From NCBI GenBank assembly GCA_964016885.1, contig OZ024741.1, positions 191,456,001 through 191,520,000 of the forward strand: 64,000 bases of DNA, written 5' to 3'. The stretch comes from Eledone cirrhosa. Taxonomy: Eukaryota. The position numbers and the translations under genes are program-made. Shown here one piece after another: positions 23,031 through 36,809 of this stretch (position 1 is its first letter; every line of letters starts with the position of its first letter). The notes beneath the pieces are model-generated. The model saw only the letters and a list, made by a program, of their open reading frames with translations, was not told where the DNA came from and did not search any database.

Positions 23031-24454
23031 GGTAATAATATCATGTGATTGTCATCATTTGGGATCCTATTATCTCCTATTTCTAATAGTTTGCTTTTAA
23101 AAGCGAATACTCTTCGACCCTTGGCTTGGATTGGTGCTGTTTAATGTACAATAACTGTTCAAACTCAGTTTTGGCATACATATCAACTAAATACATTTGG
23201 AATAATCGTTTACATCTTACAATTTGATTCCAAGTATTTCTTAGTTGTAAATGATATACATAATATTACCAGCATGTAACATTCTTATTTTGAACTGTTT
23301 GATTTGTATTTGGGTTGTATAAAGGTAAATCAAACGAATAGCCATCATTTCCTCTCCAATGAATCAAAGGATATTGTAATAGATCATAGGATCTATGTTA
23401 TTCATTGATTTTCCTTACAGTGTTATCTTTATAAGTAAAAAATGATGTTTCTTCGTGGAAATGCAATTCCAACCATTACTAATCCCACATCATTAGATAT
23501 TTGGTCATTGTACCTCCATGTATGCTCACCAGCTGGTACTCTATCTGCACAAATTGACAATTGAAGATTTGGACTGTTAACAAAAGATGCCATAGTTTTA
23601 ATTTGTCTGATAAGCTCACTATTTTCTAAAAGCATCTCTTGGATATGTCTTATAGTGTGTGTGTTTCAGAAAACCTACTATTTCTAATATTAATTTGTTC
23701 ATTTAAATCATCAATAAAATAAACTTATTTAGGAATATTATCAACTGCATTATACAATGAACTTATTCTGTGATAAATTTGACCTTGGATGTCATTGAAA
23801 ACAATTCGTTATATTTTTTTATATTCTTTAAGAAGTTTTTGGAATCCCGTGTTTCCCCCAGCATTAGTGTATTTAAAGGTTCAGGTAGTCTTTCAATTAA
23901 ATTCAATTTAACTTTACCATTTGAGCAACATACTCCCTTAAGTTCATCTTTAAATAGTTTTGCACAATAATGCTTACAAACTACTGACATTGTTCCTAAA
24001 TTTGATAGATTATCATAATTTTTACTTGGATTATATTCAAATGCTGCATTTGTAAATGATTTGACAGAACTACATAGTTCAGCATACCTAGGTCTTTTTA
24101 CTTGAGTAACAATTTTTTGTTCCTTAGTCCTTAGTCTGAAAATGTCTTGCTTCATTGTGAGAAATTCTATTTTCTCTCTTAATTTATCTCTTTGTTTTTC
24201 TGTCAAATTTCCTCCCAACTCTTGGAGAGCTAATCTGTTTTGTTCTCTAATTTCATTTCTCCTTTGAATTGAGAGCCTTTCCCATCTTTGTCTTTAATAA
24301 TCTCGATTTCTTTCACTCTGAATTTCTTTCTCTTCTTCGTTCATTTCCTTTCTCTTTCAGTGCTTTCTATCCGAGCTACTTGAAATTCACATTACATCAT
24401 TAATATTATTGTTGTTTAAGTTAGTAGTTGCATTGAAATGGTTTTCATTATTAT

Positions 24455-24645
24455 GTGGATTGGCAGTATTGGTAGAGGGTCGGACACCATGCTTTCCAGC
24501 ATAGAGTTACGGCCCTTGCCATTCTGAGATCAAATCCTGCCGAGGTTAACTTTGCCTTTCATCCTTACGGGGTCGATAAAATAAAGTACCAGTAATGTAA
24601 TTGGTAATTGCTGGCCTTGTGCCAAAAGTAGAAACAATTATTATG
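24455..24645 (+). mobile_element. SINE family A
   Basis: Full match to the other copies, flanked by ttattatg on both sides. Confidence 0.85.
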
Positions 24646-24876
24646 CCCTGTATTAATATTTATATCGTCATTTTCTGAAGTCACGTTAAATGAATTTATG
24701 TCATTTCCTTCCATAGTGAAAAAATATGGAAGACAAAGAAGAGATAAGATGAAATAAGAAAGGTTTAGGAAAAGAAAGAATATAGAGGTCCAATTGTTCT
24801 AAAAACGAAACACCCTGATCTTGAAATGAATGATTTCTACAGATACGTTCACTCATAGCAAACTTTCTATAGACAC

Positions 24877-27800
24877 ACAGTAATAGACACACTACATCAA
24901 TATAAGACAGTAATAGACACACTACACCTCAATATAGAACAGTAATAGACACACTACATCAATATAAGACAGTAATAGACACACTACACCTCAATATAAG
25001 ACAGTAATAGACACACTACACCTCAATATAAGACAGTAATAGACACACTACACCTCAATATAAGACAGTAATAGACACACTACACCACAATATAAGACAG
25101 TAATAGACACACTACACCACAATATAAGACAGTAATAGACACACTACACCACAATTTAAGACAGTAATAGACACACTACATCAATATAAGACAGTAATAG
25201 ACACACTACACCTCAATATAAGACAGTAATAGACACACTACACCACAATATAAGACAGTAATAGACACACTACACCACAATATAAGGCAGTAATAGACAC
25301 ACTACACCACAATTTAAGACAGTAATAGACACACTACATCAATATAAGACAGTAATAGACACACTACACCTCAATATAAGACAGTAATAGACACACTACA
25401 CCACAATATAAGACAGTAATAGACACACTACATCTCAATATAAGACAGTAATAGACACACTACACCTCAATATAAGACAGTAATAGACACACTACATCAA
25501 TATAAGACAGTAATAGACACACTACACTTCAATATAAGACAGTAATAGACACACTACACCACAATATAAGACAGTAATAGACACACATAAAATCAATATA
25601 AGACAGTAATAGACACACTACATCAATATAAGACAGTAATAGACACACTACACCTCAATATAAGACAGTAATAGACGCACTACATCACAATATAAGACAG
25701 TAATAGACACACTACACCTCAATATAAGACAGTAATAGACACCCTACACTTCAATATAAGACAGTAATAGACACACTACACCACAATATAAGACAGTAAT
25801 AGACACACTACACCACAATATAAGACAGTAATAGACACACTACACCTCAATATAAGACAGTAATAGACACACTACACCTCAATATAAGACAGTAATAGAC
25901 ACACTACACCACAATATAAGACAGTAATAGACACACTACACCACAATATAAGACAGTAATAGACACACTACACCACAATATAAGACAGTAATAGACGCAC
26001 TACACCACAATTTAAGACAGTAATAGACACACTACACCACAATATAAGACAGTAATAGACACACTACACCTCAATATAAGACAGTAATAGACACACTACA
26101 CCACAATATAAGACAGTAATAGACACACTACATTTCAATATATGACAGTAATAGACACACTACACCACAATATAAGACAGTAATAGACACACTACACCTC
26201 AATATAAGACAGTAATAGACGCACTACATCACAATATAAGACAGTAATAGACACACTACACCTCAATATAAGACAGTAATAGACACCCTACACTTCAATA
26301 TAAGACAGTAATAGACACACTACACCACAATATAAGACAGTAATAGACACACTACACCACAATATAAGACAGTAATAGACACACTACACCTCAATATAAG
26401 ACAGTAATAGACACACTACACCTCAATATAAGACAGTAATAGACACACTACACCACAATATAAGACAGTAATAGACACACTACACCACAATATAAGACAG
26501 TAATAGACACACTACACCACAATATAAGACAGTAATAGACGCACTACACCACAATTTAAGACAGTAATAGACACACTACACCACAATATAAGACAGTAAT
26601 AGACACCCTACACTTCAATATAAGACAGTAATAGACACACTACACCACAATATAAGACAGTAATAGACACACTACACCACAATATAAGACAGTAATAGAC
26701 ACACTACACCTCAATATAAGACAGTAATAGACACACTACACCACAATATAAGACAGTAATAGACACCCTACACTTCAATATAAGACAGTAATAGACACAC
26801 TACACCACAATATAAGACAGTAATAGACACACTACACCACAATATAAGACAGTAATAGACACACTACACCTCAATATAAGACAGTAATAGACACACTACA
26901 CCACAATATAAGACAGTAATAGACACACTACATTTCAATATATGACAGTAATAGACACACTACACCACAATATAAGACAGTAATAGACACACTACACCTC
27001 AATATAAGACAGTAATAGACGCACTACATCACAATATAAGACAGTAATAGACACACTACACCTCAATATAAGACAGTAATAGACACCCTACACTTCAATA
27101 TAAGACAGTAATAGACACACTACACCACAATATAAGACAGTAATAGACACACTACACCACAATATAAGACAGTAATAGACACACTACACCTCAATATAAG
27201 ACAGTAATAGACACACTACACCTCAATATAAGACAGTAATAGACACACTACACCACAATATAAGACAGTAATAGACACACTACACCACAATATAAGACAG
27301 TAATAGACACACTACACCACAATATAAGACAGTAATAGACGCACTACACCACAATTTAAGACAGTAATAGACACACTACACCACAATATAAGACAGTAAT
27401 AGACACACTACACCTCAATATAAGACAGTAATAGACACACTACACCACAATATAAGACAGTAATAGACACACTACATTTCAATATATGACAGTAATAGAC
27501 ACACTACACCACAATATAAGACAGTAATAGACACACTACACCTCAATATAAGACAGTAATAGACACACTACATTTCAATATAAGACAGTAATAGACACAC
27601 TACACCACAATATAAGACAGTAATAGACACACTACACCTTAATATAAGACAGTAATAGACACACTACACCTCAATATAAGACAGTAATAGACGCACTACA
27701 TTTCAATATATGACAGTAATAGACACACTACACCACAATATAAGACAGTAATAGACACACTACACTTCAATATAAGACAGTAATAGACGCACTACACCTT

Positions 27801-28448
27801 AATATAAGACAGTAATAGACACACTACACCTCAATATAAGACAGTAATAGACGCACTACACCTCAATATAAGACAGTAATAGACACACTACATTTCAATA
27901 TAAGACAGTAATAGACACACTACACCACAATATAAGACAGTAATAGACACACTACATTTCAATATATGACAGTAATAGACACACTACACCACAATATAAG
28001 ACAGTAATAGACACACTACACCTCAATATAAGACAGTAATAGACACACTACATTTCAATATAAGACAGTAATAGACACACTACACCACAATATAAGACAG
28101 TAATAGACACACTACACCTTAATATAAGACAGTAATAGACACACTACACCTCAATATAAGACAGTAATAGACGCACTACATTTCAATATATGACAGTAAT
28201 AGACACACTACACCACAATATAAGACAGTAATAGACACACTACACCACAATATAAGACAGTAATAGACACACTACACTTCAATATAAGACAGTAATAGAC
28301 GCACTACACCTTAATATAAGACAGTAATAGACACACTACACCTCAATATAAGACAGTAATAGACGCACTACATCAATATAAGACAGTAACAGACACACAT
28401 AAAATCAATATAAGACAGTAATAGACACACATAACATCAATATAAGAC
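24877..28448. repeat. 32-bp satellite array (about 110 units) with higher-order structure
   Basis: Unit agacagtaatagacacactacacc(a/t)caatata, with starts at 25761 and 25793. Some 30-bp variants occur. Confidence 0.97.
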
Positions 28449-28878
28449 CAATCATGTAATTCTCAACCCTAAGCAAACATAGAGCCTCTCTCTCTCCCAC
28501 AAGCACACACACACATACATATCTCACTTTGGCAGTGTTGGTGGGAGCGAGTCGAGGTAGCAGTAAGAGTACATACAACAGTGACAGTAGGAGTAGATGT
28601 GTGACGTAATAAGATAGACGCTGCAGAAAGTTTTGAGATAGATAGATAGATAGATAGGTAGGTATATATATATAGGTAGATATGTAGGTAGATAGATCTG
28701 CGTGATTGTAATAATTATTTTTATCACAACAGATAAAATATGGATGGTAATTCAAGTTAATACACTTCTCAATGTTATCTAATGGTCACCGTATTTCAAT
28801 GCAGATGTAATAATTATTTTTTAAGTGTGTCTGTTATGTATGTGTCTATATGTATGTGTAAATGCATGTGTTTGTAAT

Positions 28879-31800
28879 TCTATATATATATATAAAACTG
28901 AGGGTGTGTGTGTGTCTGTACCCATATAACTTCTACAGTTTGCAACCAATTTTTTTTTAAAACATAACATGTGTTATGTTCCCAGAAGTGTTGTGAACTC
29001 ATAAAATTTTCAAGTTTTTGTCTAATGCGGCCCCTAGGTGGACGAAGGCTGTCTCTGGATCACTATGACAATCATGTCACATATGCGAAACTTAAATAAT
29101 TGTTGGTTAACATTTTACTCATCTTAGTGTGTTACATACTCTTTCTTTAGATAATGCCTCCAAGGAAGAGATCCACTGTTGGTAAAAAAAAAAAAGCTGA
29201 GAGAGGGAAATGAAGAAAAGCAAATGAATCACCAATGGAGGCTGCAATTAGACGATCGCAAGATGCTGAACGTAAAGCTACTGTAAGACCGTTATAAAAT
29301 TACAAGGAGCGTTGTATTTGCCTGGCCAGGACTGCTGCTCGAGCTGCAGAGAATAAAGCGCAGTGTGTACTCTGCCAGACCAGGAATGCTGCCACAATTG
29401 CTGCTGCATGAGCTGAAGAGACCTCGGAAGACCGAAATAATGGTCTGGAGACTAATGTTTATCAAAGAGCTACTGGGCAGTGTATTTCAAGACCATAATG
29501 GTTATTAAAAGCATTTGACTATAACCCTGACCTTAATTATGCTAGCCATCCTGACATGAACATTGGCAATATGTCTACCACTTGCCCATTTCACAATGCC
29601 AAAACGTGGTCAAGAAAAACACCTGGTATGTGTTGCGCAAGTGGGAAGGTCACATTAACCCCCAGAGGATCCATCACATCCATTGAGTCTTCTCCTTACA
29701 GGCACACAGCAGAGTCAAAACATTTCCTGCATAACATCTGAGAGTACAATTGTGCCTTTCAAATGATCACTTTTGGGGCAAATATTACGAAGGAAGGTGG
29801 ATTTATGCCCACTTTTAAAGTGCAGGGGCAGGCGTATCAGAGAATAGGATCACTCCAGCCTATAACAAATCAAGATCTCCAATTTCTTCAATTGTACTTT
29901 GTTGGCAACTTCCAAGAACAAGCAACCAGGCAGAATTCAATTTCGCCTGGTATTAACCTTGAGCTGACAATGAAACTACAAGGGATGTTGTACACGAAAA
30001 ACAGCTATGTCATCAGCTTCAAATATGCCTTGGAAACAGCAACCGCATCAAATTTTAATGTGGTAATTGATACTGCAAAAAGGCCATCTGGGGAACATAC
30101 AGGTCGCTACAATCCTCCTACATGCAACTAAATCGCTATATTTCTTCATGGTGACCAGCACAATCCAAAAGACATTGTTCTCAAGCATCAAGACAACACT
30201 CTTCAGCAAATCAGTGAAACACAGGTCATACGATGCGCTTCAGTATCCCCTGCTTTTTGTGAATGGTGAAGATGGCTACCACTTTGGTATTCCTCAGCAT
30301 AATCCCAGAAAACCTGAAGAGCGCGTTGACAAACCAGTTTCCTGCATGAACTTCTATGCATATCACTTCATGACCCAAGACAACTCCTTTAATCATCTGC
30401 ACAATTCAAGAGAACTCTATCACCAATTTGCAGTAGATATGTGTGCAAAAACGGAGTCAGAGAGATTGTGCTTCATAAAGTCAAACCAGAAGCAGCTGTG
30501 TTCTGAGAGCTACATTCACCTTCGAGATGGCATCAACAACAATGTAGCTCCAGGAACCCTAGGAAAAGTCTGCATCCTACCTTCTACTTTCACCGGAAGT
30601 CCCCACTATATGAATGAGAGAACTCAGGATGCTATGAAATATGTGCGGCATTATGGCAGGCCTGACCTGTTTATAACTTTCTCTTGCAATCTAAGTAGAA
30701 GATTGAGGCCGAAATCTTCCTGGGTCTAAAGACAGACATGACCTCCTAGCCAGAGTCTTTCAACTGAAGTTAATAAACCTCATGGACCTCATCAAGAAAG
30801 GGTAGGTCTTTGGACCTGTAAAATGTGACATATACACAATCAAATGGCAGAAAAGGGGCCTTCCACATGCTCACATTCTGATTTGACTATCAACAAAGAT
30901 CAATTCCAATAACATTGCCAAAATTATCTCTGCAGAGGTTCCAGATCCATCTAAAGACCTCTATGATATAGTGAAGGTAAACATGGTGCATGGTCCATGT
31001 GGACGTGGCTTCAATCTAAACTAGGCATGTTTGAAAGACAATGGGTGCACCAAAAAGTTTCCCAAGAAGTTCCTTCAAGAAACCCAGGCTGGTAATGAGG
31101 GATATCCATGATACAGACAAAGGAAACCAGAAGATGGAGGATTTACAGCAAAGATTGGACAACATGACTGCCCACTTCTGTCCAAGATATTCAACGGCCA
31201 TATCAATGTTGAGTTTTGCAACTCCCTCCATAAAGTCCATCAAGTACATATGAAAGTATGGGCTCAGAGGCTGCCATGTTTGACCTTCAACAGGAAAACA
31301 GCCGGGATGAGGTAATGCAGTATCAGGTCGGATGATACATCAGCAGCAATGAGACCTTCTGGTGCATTTTTGGCTTCCCACTACACCAAAGGCACCTTGC
31401 CATTGAACAGCTTGCAGTGCACCTGCAAAATGGCCAAAGGGTGTACTTCACCAATGCTAATGCTGCTCAATTGGCAGAGGAACCGAGGGACACCACCCTC
31501 ACTGCCTTCTTCAAACTATGTCAAGAAGATCCATTTGCTCAAACCTTGCTGTATCCCCAGGTGCCGTCCTACTATACCTGGGATAAAAATAAATGGGCAT
31601 GAAGAGAGGCAGGTGAAGCTGTTGATGTATACCCTGGTATGAAGTTTGACAATTGTCTTGGGAGAGTTCACTCAGTGCATCCCAGCCAACACAAGTGTTT
31701 CTATCTCCGTCTGCTACTGTATGAGGTCAGAGGACCAAGGTGTTTCCAAGACCTAAAAATTGTTGATGGACATGTGTGTGCTACATACAGGGAAGCCTGC

Positions 31801-33949
31801 TTTAAACATGGACTGTTAGAAGATGGTGCACAAAGGGATGCAACTTTGGCAGAGGCTGCTTTATCACAATCAGCTAAAAGTCTCAGGGCAGTATTTGCAG
31901 TATTGTTGCAAATATGTGAACTGTGTAATCCTACCTCTTTGTGGCTCAAGTATAGAGATGACCTTTCTGAGGACTTTAAACGTCAAGCACAATTGGCATG
32001 GAAGGTATCAGTGATGAGGTCTACAACAGAGCTCTGATTGACATGGAAGACAAGATTGTTTCACTGGGTGAAAATTATTTGCCCACATATGGCCTGCCCC
32101 AAACATTCCAGACAGGGTCAAATGCCTTTCCCACAGCTATCCTACGAGAAACATCCTATGACATTGATGCTCTTGCCCAATATGTTATTGAAACTGAACC
32201 ACAACTGCTTCCAGACCAACAACAGGCTCACAGCGCTATTGTTGACCATGTGCACCACCGAAAAGGTGTATCTTCTTCCTTGATGTACCTGGAGCGACAG
32301 GAAAAACAATTCTAACAAAGCTCCTCCTTGCAAAAGTTAAGCAGCACAAGGATATCGCGGTAGTTGTTGCCTCATCTGGGATTGCTGCAACTTTGTTGCC
32401 CGGTGGCAGGACAGCACACTCAACTGTTAATCTCCCCCTGAATTTAGCTACATCTGACACGTCTACATGCAACATCAGTAAAAGCTCAGACCAGGGTCAG
32501 GTCCTCAGAAGGTGTCATCTCATTGTATGGGATGAATGCACCATGGTTCACAAAGGAGCTCTGGAAGCAGCAGATAGAGCCCTAAAAGATATTAGAGACT
32601 ATCAGGCTCCAATGGGAGGTGTAACGCTTCTGTTGTCTGGTGACTTCAGGCAGACTCTTCCCATCATTCCCAAAGACATCAGGGCAGATGAAGTTCAAGC
32701 ATGCCTTAAGTCCTCTCTAGTGTGGCAACAAGTTACAACACTGATTCTTACCACTAACATGAGAGCTCAACTACACGGCGACCAGCTGTCAGCCAAATTT
32801 GCAAAGGATATTTTGACACTTGGTGACGGCAAGGTGCCTCTAGATGCTAGTGGAGAAATGACAGTCGGTCCAGTTTGTATCATTGTTAATACTGAGGATG
32901 ATCTCAAAGACCAAGTGTTTCTAAATTTGAAGGAAAATTATGAAAACCACAATTGATTGCGTGAAATAACAATACTGACTCCAAAAAACAACGCTGTTAG
33001 TAAACGTAACAAATAGCTGATGCTGTCCCTTCCTGATAGTCTTCACACATACAAGTATGTTGATACAATCCCATATCAAAATGAAGTGGTAAATTATCCT
33101 CCAGAATTTCCCAATTCGTTGGAGCCTCCAGGACTACCTCCCCACATATTAGGACTTAAAGAAGGAACTCCGGTAATGCTGCTTCAGAATCTGGATCTGC
33201 CAAGACTCTGCAATGGGACACGCCTGGTGGTAAAGAATGTGATATCACGTTATCAAGGCCACCATTCTTTCTGGATGTGGAAAAGGTGATGATCTATTCA
33301 TTCTAAGAATTCCTCTCATTCCATCAGGAGCAGAAATTCCATTTTCCTTTAGAAGACTGCAATTTCCCATTTGTGTCAGCTTTGCTGTGTCCATTAACAA
33401 ATCCCAGGGTCAGAAATTATCTGTGGCAGGACTTCACTTGGAAGAGTCATGTTTCTCACACGGACAAGGAAAAACAAGGAGCATTGTTTACAAAGAGGTC
33501 TTATAATCGCAACAACAAGGAAGTAGGTACATACACACCTTTTCTTGAACAAACTTAATGGAGATTTTTTTTCATTTCTTAACCAAAATCAGTTCATTTT
33601 GTCTTAGATAAACGCCTCCAAGATTAACCCCTTTAACTGCTTCTTTGGAGTCGACTGAAGCACTGCAGTGCAATGCAACAAAACATCATAACTTCTGGAG
33701 TTCGCAACCGATTTTCACCAAACTTCGCACATGTGCTACATATGTTCTATAGATGAATTTGAATACTCGGAATTGGCACATATTGAGTAGGGGACCCTGG
33801 GGAGGGGGGGGGGGGGGGCAGGAACCCCCTTTTGGAAAAAGCCGATGATTTTGTACAAGTATAGTTTTCAAAGAAGCACAGAAGTATTGACATGAATGCT
33901 ATACATGACTGCTATTAAATACCTGAGCAGCGCCGTGTATCTCTGTTAT
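28879..33949 (+). mobile_element. Helitron C: near-complete, degenerate autonomous element (HUH Rep plus Pif1-family helicase)
   Basis: 5' TCTATATATATATATAAAAC. Motifs MCCASGKV, GFMPTFKVQGQ, YDALQYPLLF, YGRPDLFITF, WQKRGLPHAHIL (30845-30880), SIKYI, GGRTAHS, IVWDECTM, GDFRQTLP, LCNGTRL and INKSQGQ. Decayed 3' hairpin atacctgagcagcgccgtgtat. Confidence 0.92.
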
Positions 33950-34440
33950 TTTTTTTTATATAACTTTCTAAATAAACATACACAGACACATATATATTCA
34001 CTCAAATATTATATATAAATATATTTTACACAAACACACATATACACACACACATTCACATACCTCCCTTTTACATGCACACACATACAGACATATACTC
34101 ACACAGAGTTGAAATGCTGTTTGACTTTTTTTTCACCGTAGAATTTTCACTATCCCACTTCCATCGGTGGATATATAAATATATTTTACACAAACACACA
34201 TATACACACAAACATTCACATAATCATAACAATTAATGTGTGTAGCCAATTTGCTATACATATACACACAAAAATGCCGGTGGAAAAGATTGGAAGGTCT
34301 GTTGGCTGTTTTTGCCATCCCCTTCCTCCCTTTTACACACACATACCAACATATACTCACACAGAGTTGAAACGCTGTGTGATTATTTTTTCGGCGTAGA
34401 ATGTTCATATAAATTATTTGTCATTATTTTTTTTATTTTA

Positions 34441-34836
34441 CGGTGGTGGTTTGGCAGTATCGGTAGAGGGTCGGACAACATGCTTTGTAGCACAGAGTTA
34501 CGCCCTTTTCTGATCTGAGTTCAAATCCTGCCGAGGTTAACTTTGCCTTTCATCCTTACAGGGTCGATAAAATAAAGTACCAGTAATGCACTGGGTAATT
34601 GCTGGCCTTGTGCCAAAAGTAGAAACAATTATTTTTTTTATTTTATGGGCGGTGGATTGGCAGTATCAGTAGAGGATCGGACGCCATGCTTTCCAGCATA
34701 GTTACGTCCCTTTACGATCTGAGTTCAAATCCCGCCGAGGTTGACTTTGCCTTTCATCCTTACGGGGTCGATAAAATAAAGTACCAGTAATGCACTGGGT
34801 AATTGCTGGCCTTGTGCCTAAAGTAGAAACAATTAT
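34441..34836 (+). mobile_element. Two tandem SINE family A copies
   Basis: Copies at about 34441-34632 and 34647-34836, each flanked by attatttttt(t)atttta. Confidence 0.9.
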
Positions 34837-34859
34837 TTTTTTTATTTTATAGTTAGGAT

Positions 34860-35095
34860 TTTACACAGAATATGGATACTTCATAGAAGTGCTATATTCT
34901 AACCTTCTCCTATGGAAGTTTTCCCAGGCTTTTTTAAATTTCTTTTTCTGCACCATGCTCAGGTCTTCTAGTGTTCCTATTATGACCAGAGCTATTCTTG
35001 TGTCGCTATTCCACACTCCTGCCATTTCAATATTTCAAGTGTTGTCCAACCCCCTTTATCACAATATTATAGTCATTTTGGTAAACCACTCCAGA
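34860..35095 (-). mobile_element. Dong/R4-type LINE 3' endonuclease fragment
   Basis: Minus strand reads roughly EIAGVWNSDTRIALVIIGTLE..QKKKFKKAWENF, similar to the Dong C-termini at 3660-3850 and 62215-62450. Confidence 0.45.
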
Positions 35096-35354
35096 TAGTG
35101 TACAAGCCATCAATCAACCTTTAGTATTTAATGATGCCTAGACAGCTCACTCTTTTGTCTAGATGGTTCTTTTGTATGTCCTGTCAGTTATTGGCAGAGT
35201 ATTAGATGAAATACTTTGCAGTAAGTGTTCTGACTCTTTACACTCCAAGTTCAAATACCACTGATGTCAAATTTATATTTCACCCTTCCAGATTCGATAA
35301 AATATTATGTAAAAAAAAAAAAAAATGGAAGTTGATATAATTGACTTAGCCATA

Positions 35355-35448
35355 CCTTAGCCCTAACCCTAAGCCTAAGTGTAACCCTAACACACACCCT
35401 AACCCTAACCCTAACCCTAATCCTAACCTTAACCCTAACTTTAACCCA
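35355..35448. repeat. Degenerate interstitial (CCCTAA)n telomere-like repeat
   Basis: ccctaaccctaagcctaa...ccctaaccctaaccctaaccctaatcctaaccttaaccctaac. Confidence 0.8.
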
Positions 35449-35761
35449 CAAATTGTTACCCTGGTACTTTATTATCATGGTTATGGTTTCAAATCTCACC
35501 AAGATCAACTTTAACATTCATCCTTCTGTCAAGTACTGGCTTGATGTAATCAACTTTTCCTTCCCCACAACTTGCTGGCTTTGTGACTAAATTAGACACT
35601 ATTATAATTATTATTGTTATTTTTTCAAAAGTTGACCTTGTGTTTAAACAGACTGAAGCCCCCACCCCACAACATAACCTTTGACCTCATGTTTAGACCC
35701 AAAAAATAAACATAATGTTTTTTTTAAAAAAGACTCCATTATATTCCTTTTCCATTGATAG

Positions 35762-36011
35762 ATTCTCATCAAGCGACATAGAACTCGTAACCTTCAGCAA
35801 CGCGGAACTGGTAACAGCAGGAAACATCAATATGGGACTAAGAAAAAACCAGACTCTCTAAGATGTTCTGACACACAGGATGGCAATTTCAGAGATGTTG
35901 AACAATATTGGTTTATTATTGACCAATGGTTTGATAAAGATGCTAATTCTCTTACTAAAGAATTTGTACCAACAGATCTAAGTGGGAAACAACTGCCAAA
36001 TTATTCAGATG
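35762..36011 (+). CDS. LOXHD1: Exon of the LOXHD1-like gene (end of a PLAT domain with a long loop insertion, plus linker)
   Basis: Pyrimidine tract then gatag|ATT...GAT G|gtttgt. The 250 nt are stop-free: ILIKRHRTRN...VEQYWFIIDQWFDKDANSLTKEFVPTDLSGKQLPNYSD. Phase 0 in and phase 1 out fit both neighbouring exons. Confidence 0.8.
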
Positions 36012-36078
36012 GTTTGTTTCACAATATTTTTTCATGTTTTATTCATCTCTCTCTCTTTTTTCTCTTTGTGTATATATC

Positions 36079-36432
36079 ATCATCATCATCATTTTATGGC
36101 CGCTTTTCCCTGCTTGCAGGGGTGGGACGGGAACTGACTCTGGCTTGATTTCTACAGCTGGATGCCCTTCCTAACACCAACCTCATTTACAGTGAGTGCT
36201 GGGTGCTTTTTTTTCCATGGCACCTACACGTCCACTTTACAGTGTGGGCTGGGTGCTTTTTTTGCCGTGGCACCTCCACGACCACTTTGCAGTGGAATGA
36301 TAGAGACCCCAGTCCTATCATCTCATTTCTACAGCTGAGTAAGCTGGAGCAATGTGAAATAAAGTGTCTTGCTCAAGGACACAACACATCACCCGGTCTG
36401 AGAATTGAACTCACAACCTTTTGATTGCCAGG

Positions 36433-36435
<3 letters not shown>
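36079..36435 (-). mobile_element. Composite SINE: tRNA-like head, central domain and RTE-derived 3' tail ending in (GAT)n
   Basis: The tail catcatcatcattttatggccgcttttccctgcttgcaggggtgggacgg matches the RTE 3' end at 52987-53040. The head and central domain match the SINE at 2455-2730. Confidence 0.7.
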
Positions 36436-36464
<29 letters not shown>

Positions 36465-36469
<5 letters not shown>

Positions 36470-36649
36470 AATGAGTTATTTGGTTTGTTGATTATTCAAC
36501 AACAAAGTTAACTTACAACAGATTAGAAGCACTCAAAGGCATTTATCCAGAGTATCATTAATATCAATAATATTAATAAATGGAAAATATCTTTATAAAA
36601 TAAATATGGTTTTATAAAGATATTTTCCATTTATTAATATTATTGATAT
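36465..36649. mobile_element. Fold-back element, same family as 54815-55255
   Basis: 40-bp arms at 36561-36600 and 36610-36649 with a 9-nt loop. The arm and the extension to about 36465 resemble 55123-55250 (taaatatggttttataaa..tttccattt, ttgagtgctt, ttgttg..caacaa). Confidence 0.7.
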
Positions 36650-36809
36650 ATATATATATTTAATATAGAAATCTACAGGACTAGAACTGTTTCATTCGGA
36701 AGAAATCATTAGGAAAGCCTTGAGTACCTTACTTACTGTGGTTACCCCCAATTGAACCGGGATAAACATATATGTATATATATATATATATATATATGTA
36801 TGTAAAAGA

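Larger units (their letters stand above)
22100..24420 (-). pseudogene. Helitron B RepHel remnant (Rep N-terminus and helicase C-terminus, centre deleted), AT-rich
   Basis: CKHYCAKLFKDELKGVCCSNGKV..NIKKYNELFSMTS (23763-24218), GEHTWRYN (23429-23635), [32 protein letters not shown] (22534-22878). Interrupted by SINEs. Confidence 0.85.

Noticed and set aside
24877-28448. 32-bp repeat array as a CRISPR
   Set aside because: Units are head-to-tail with no unique spacers, there are no cas genes, and the context is eukaryotic.
34441-34836. tRNA genes (A/B-box-like motifs, GTTCAAATCC)
   Set aside because: These are SINE heads. There is no full cloverleaf, and the same SINE body and TSDs follow each one.
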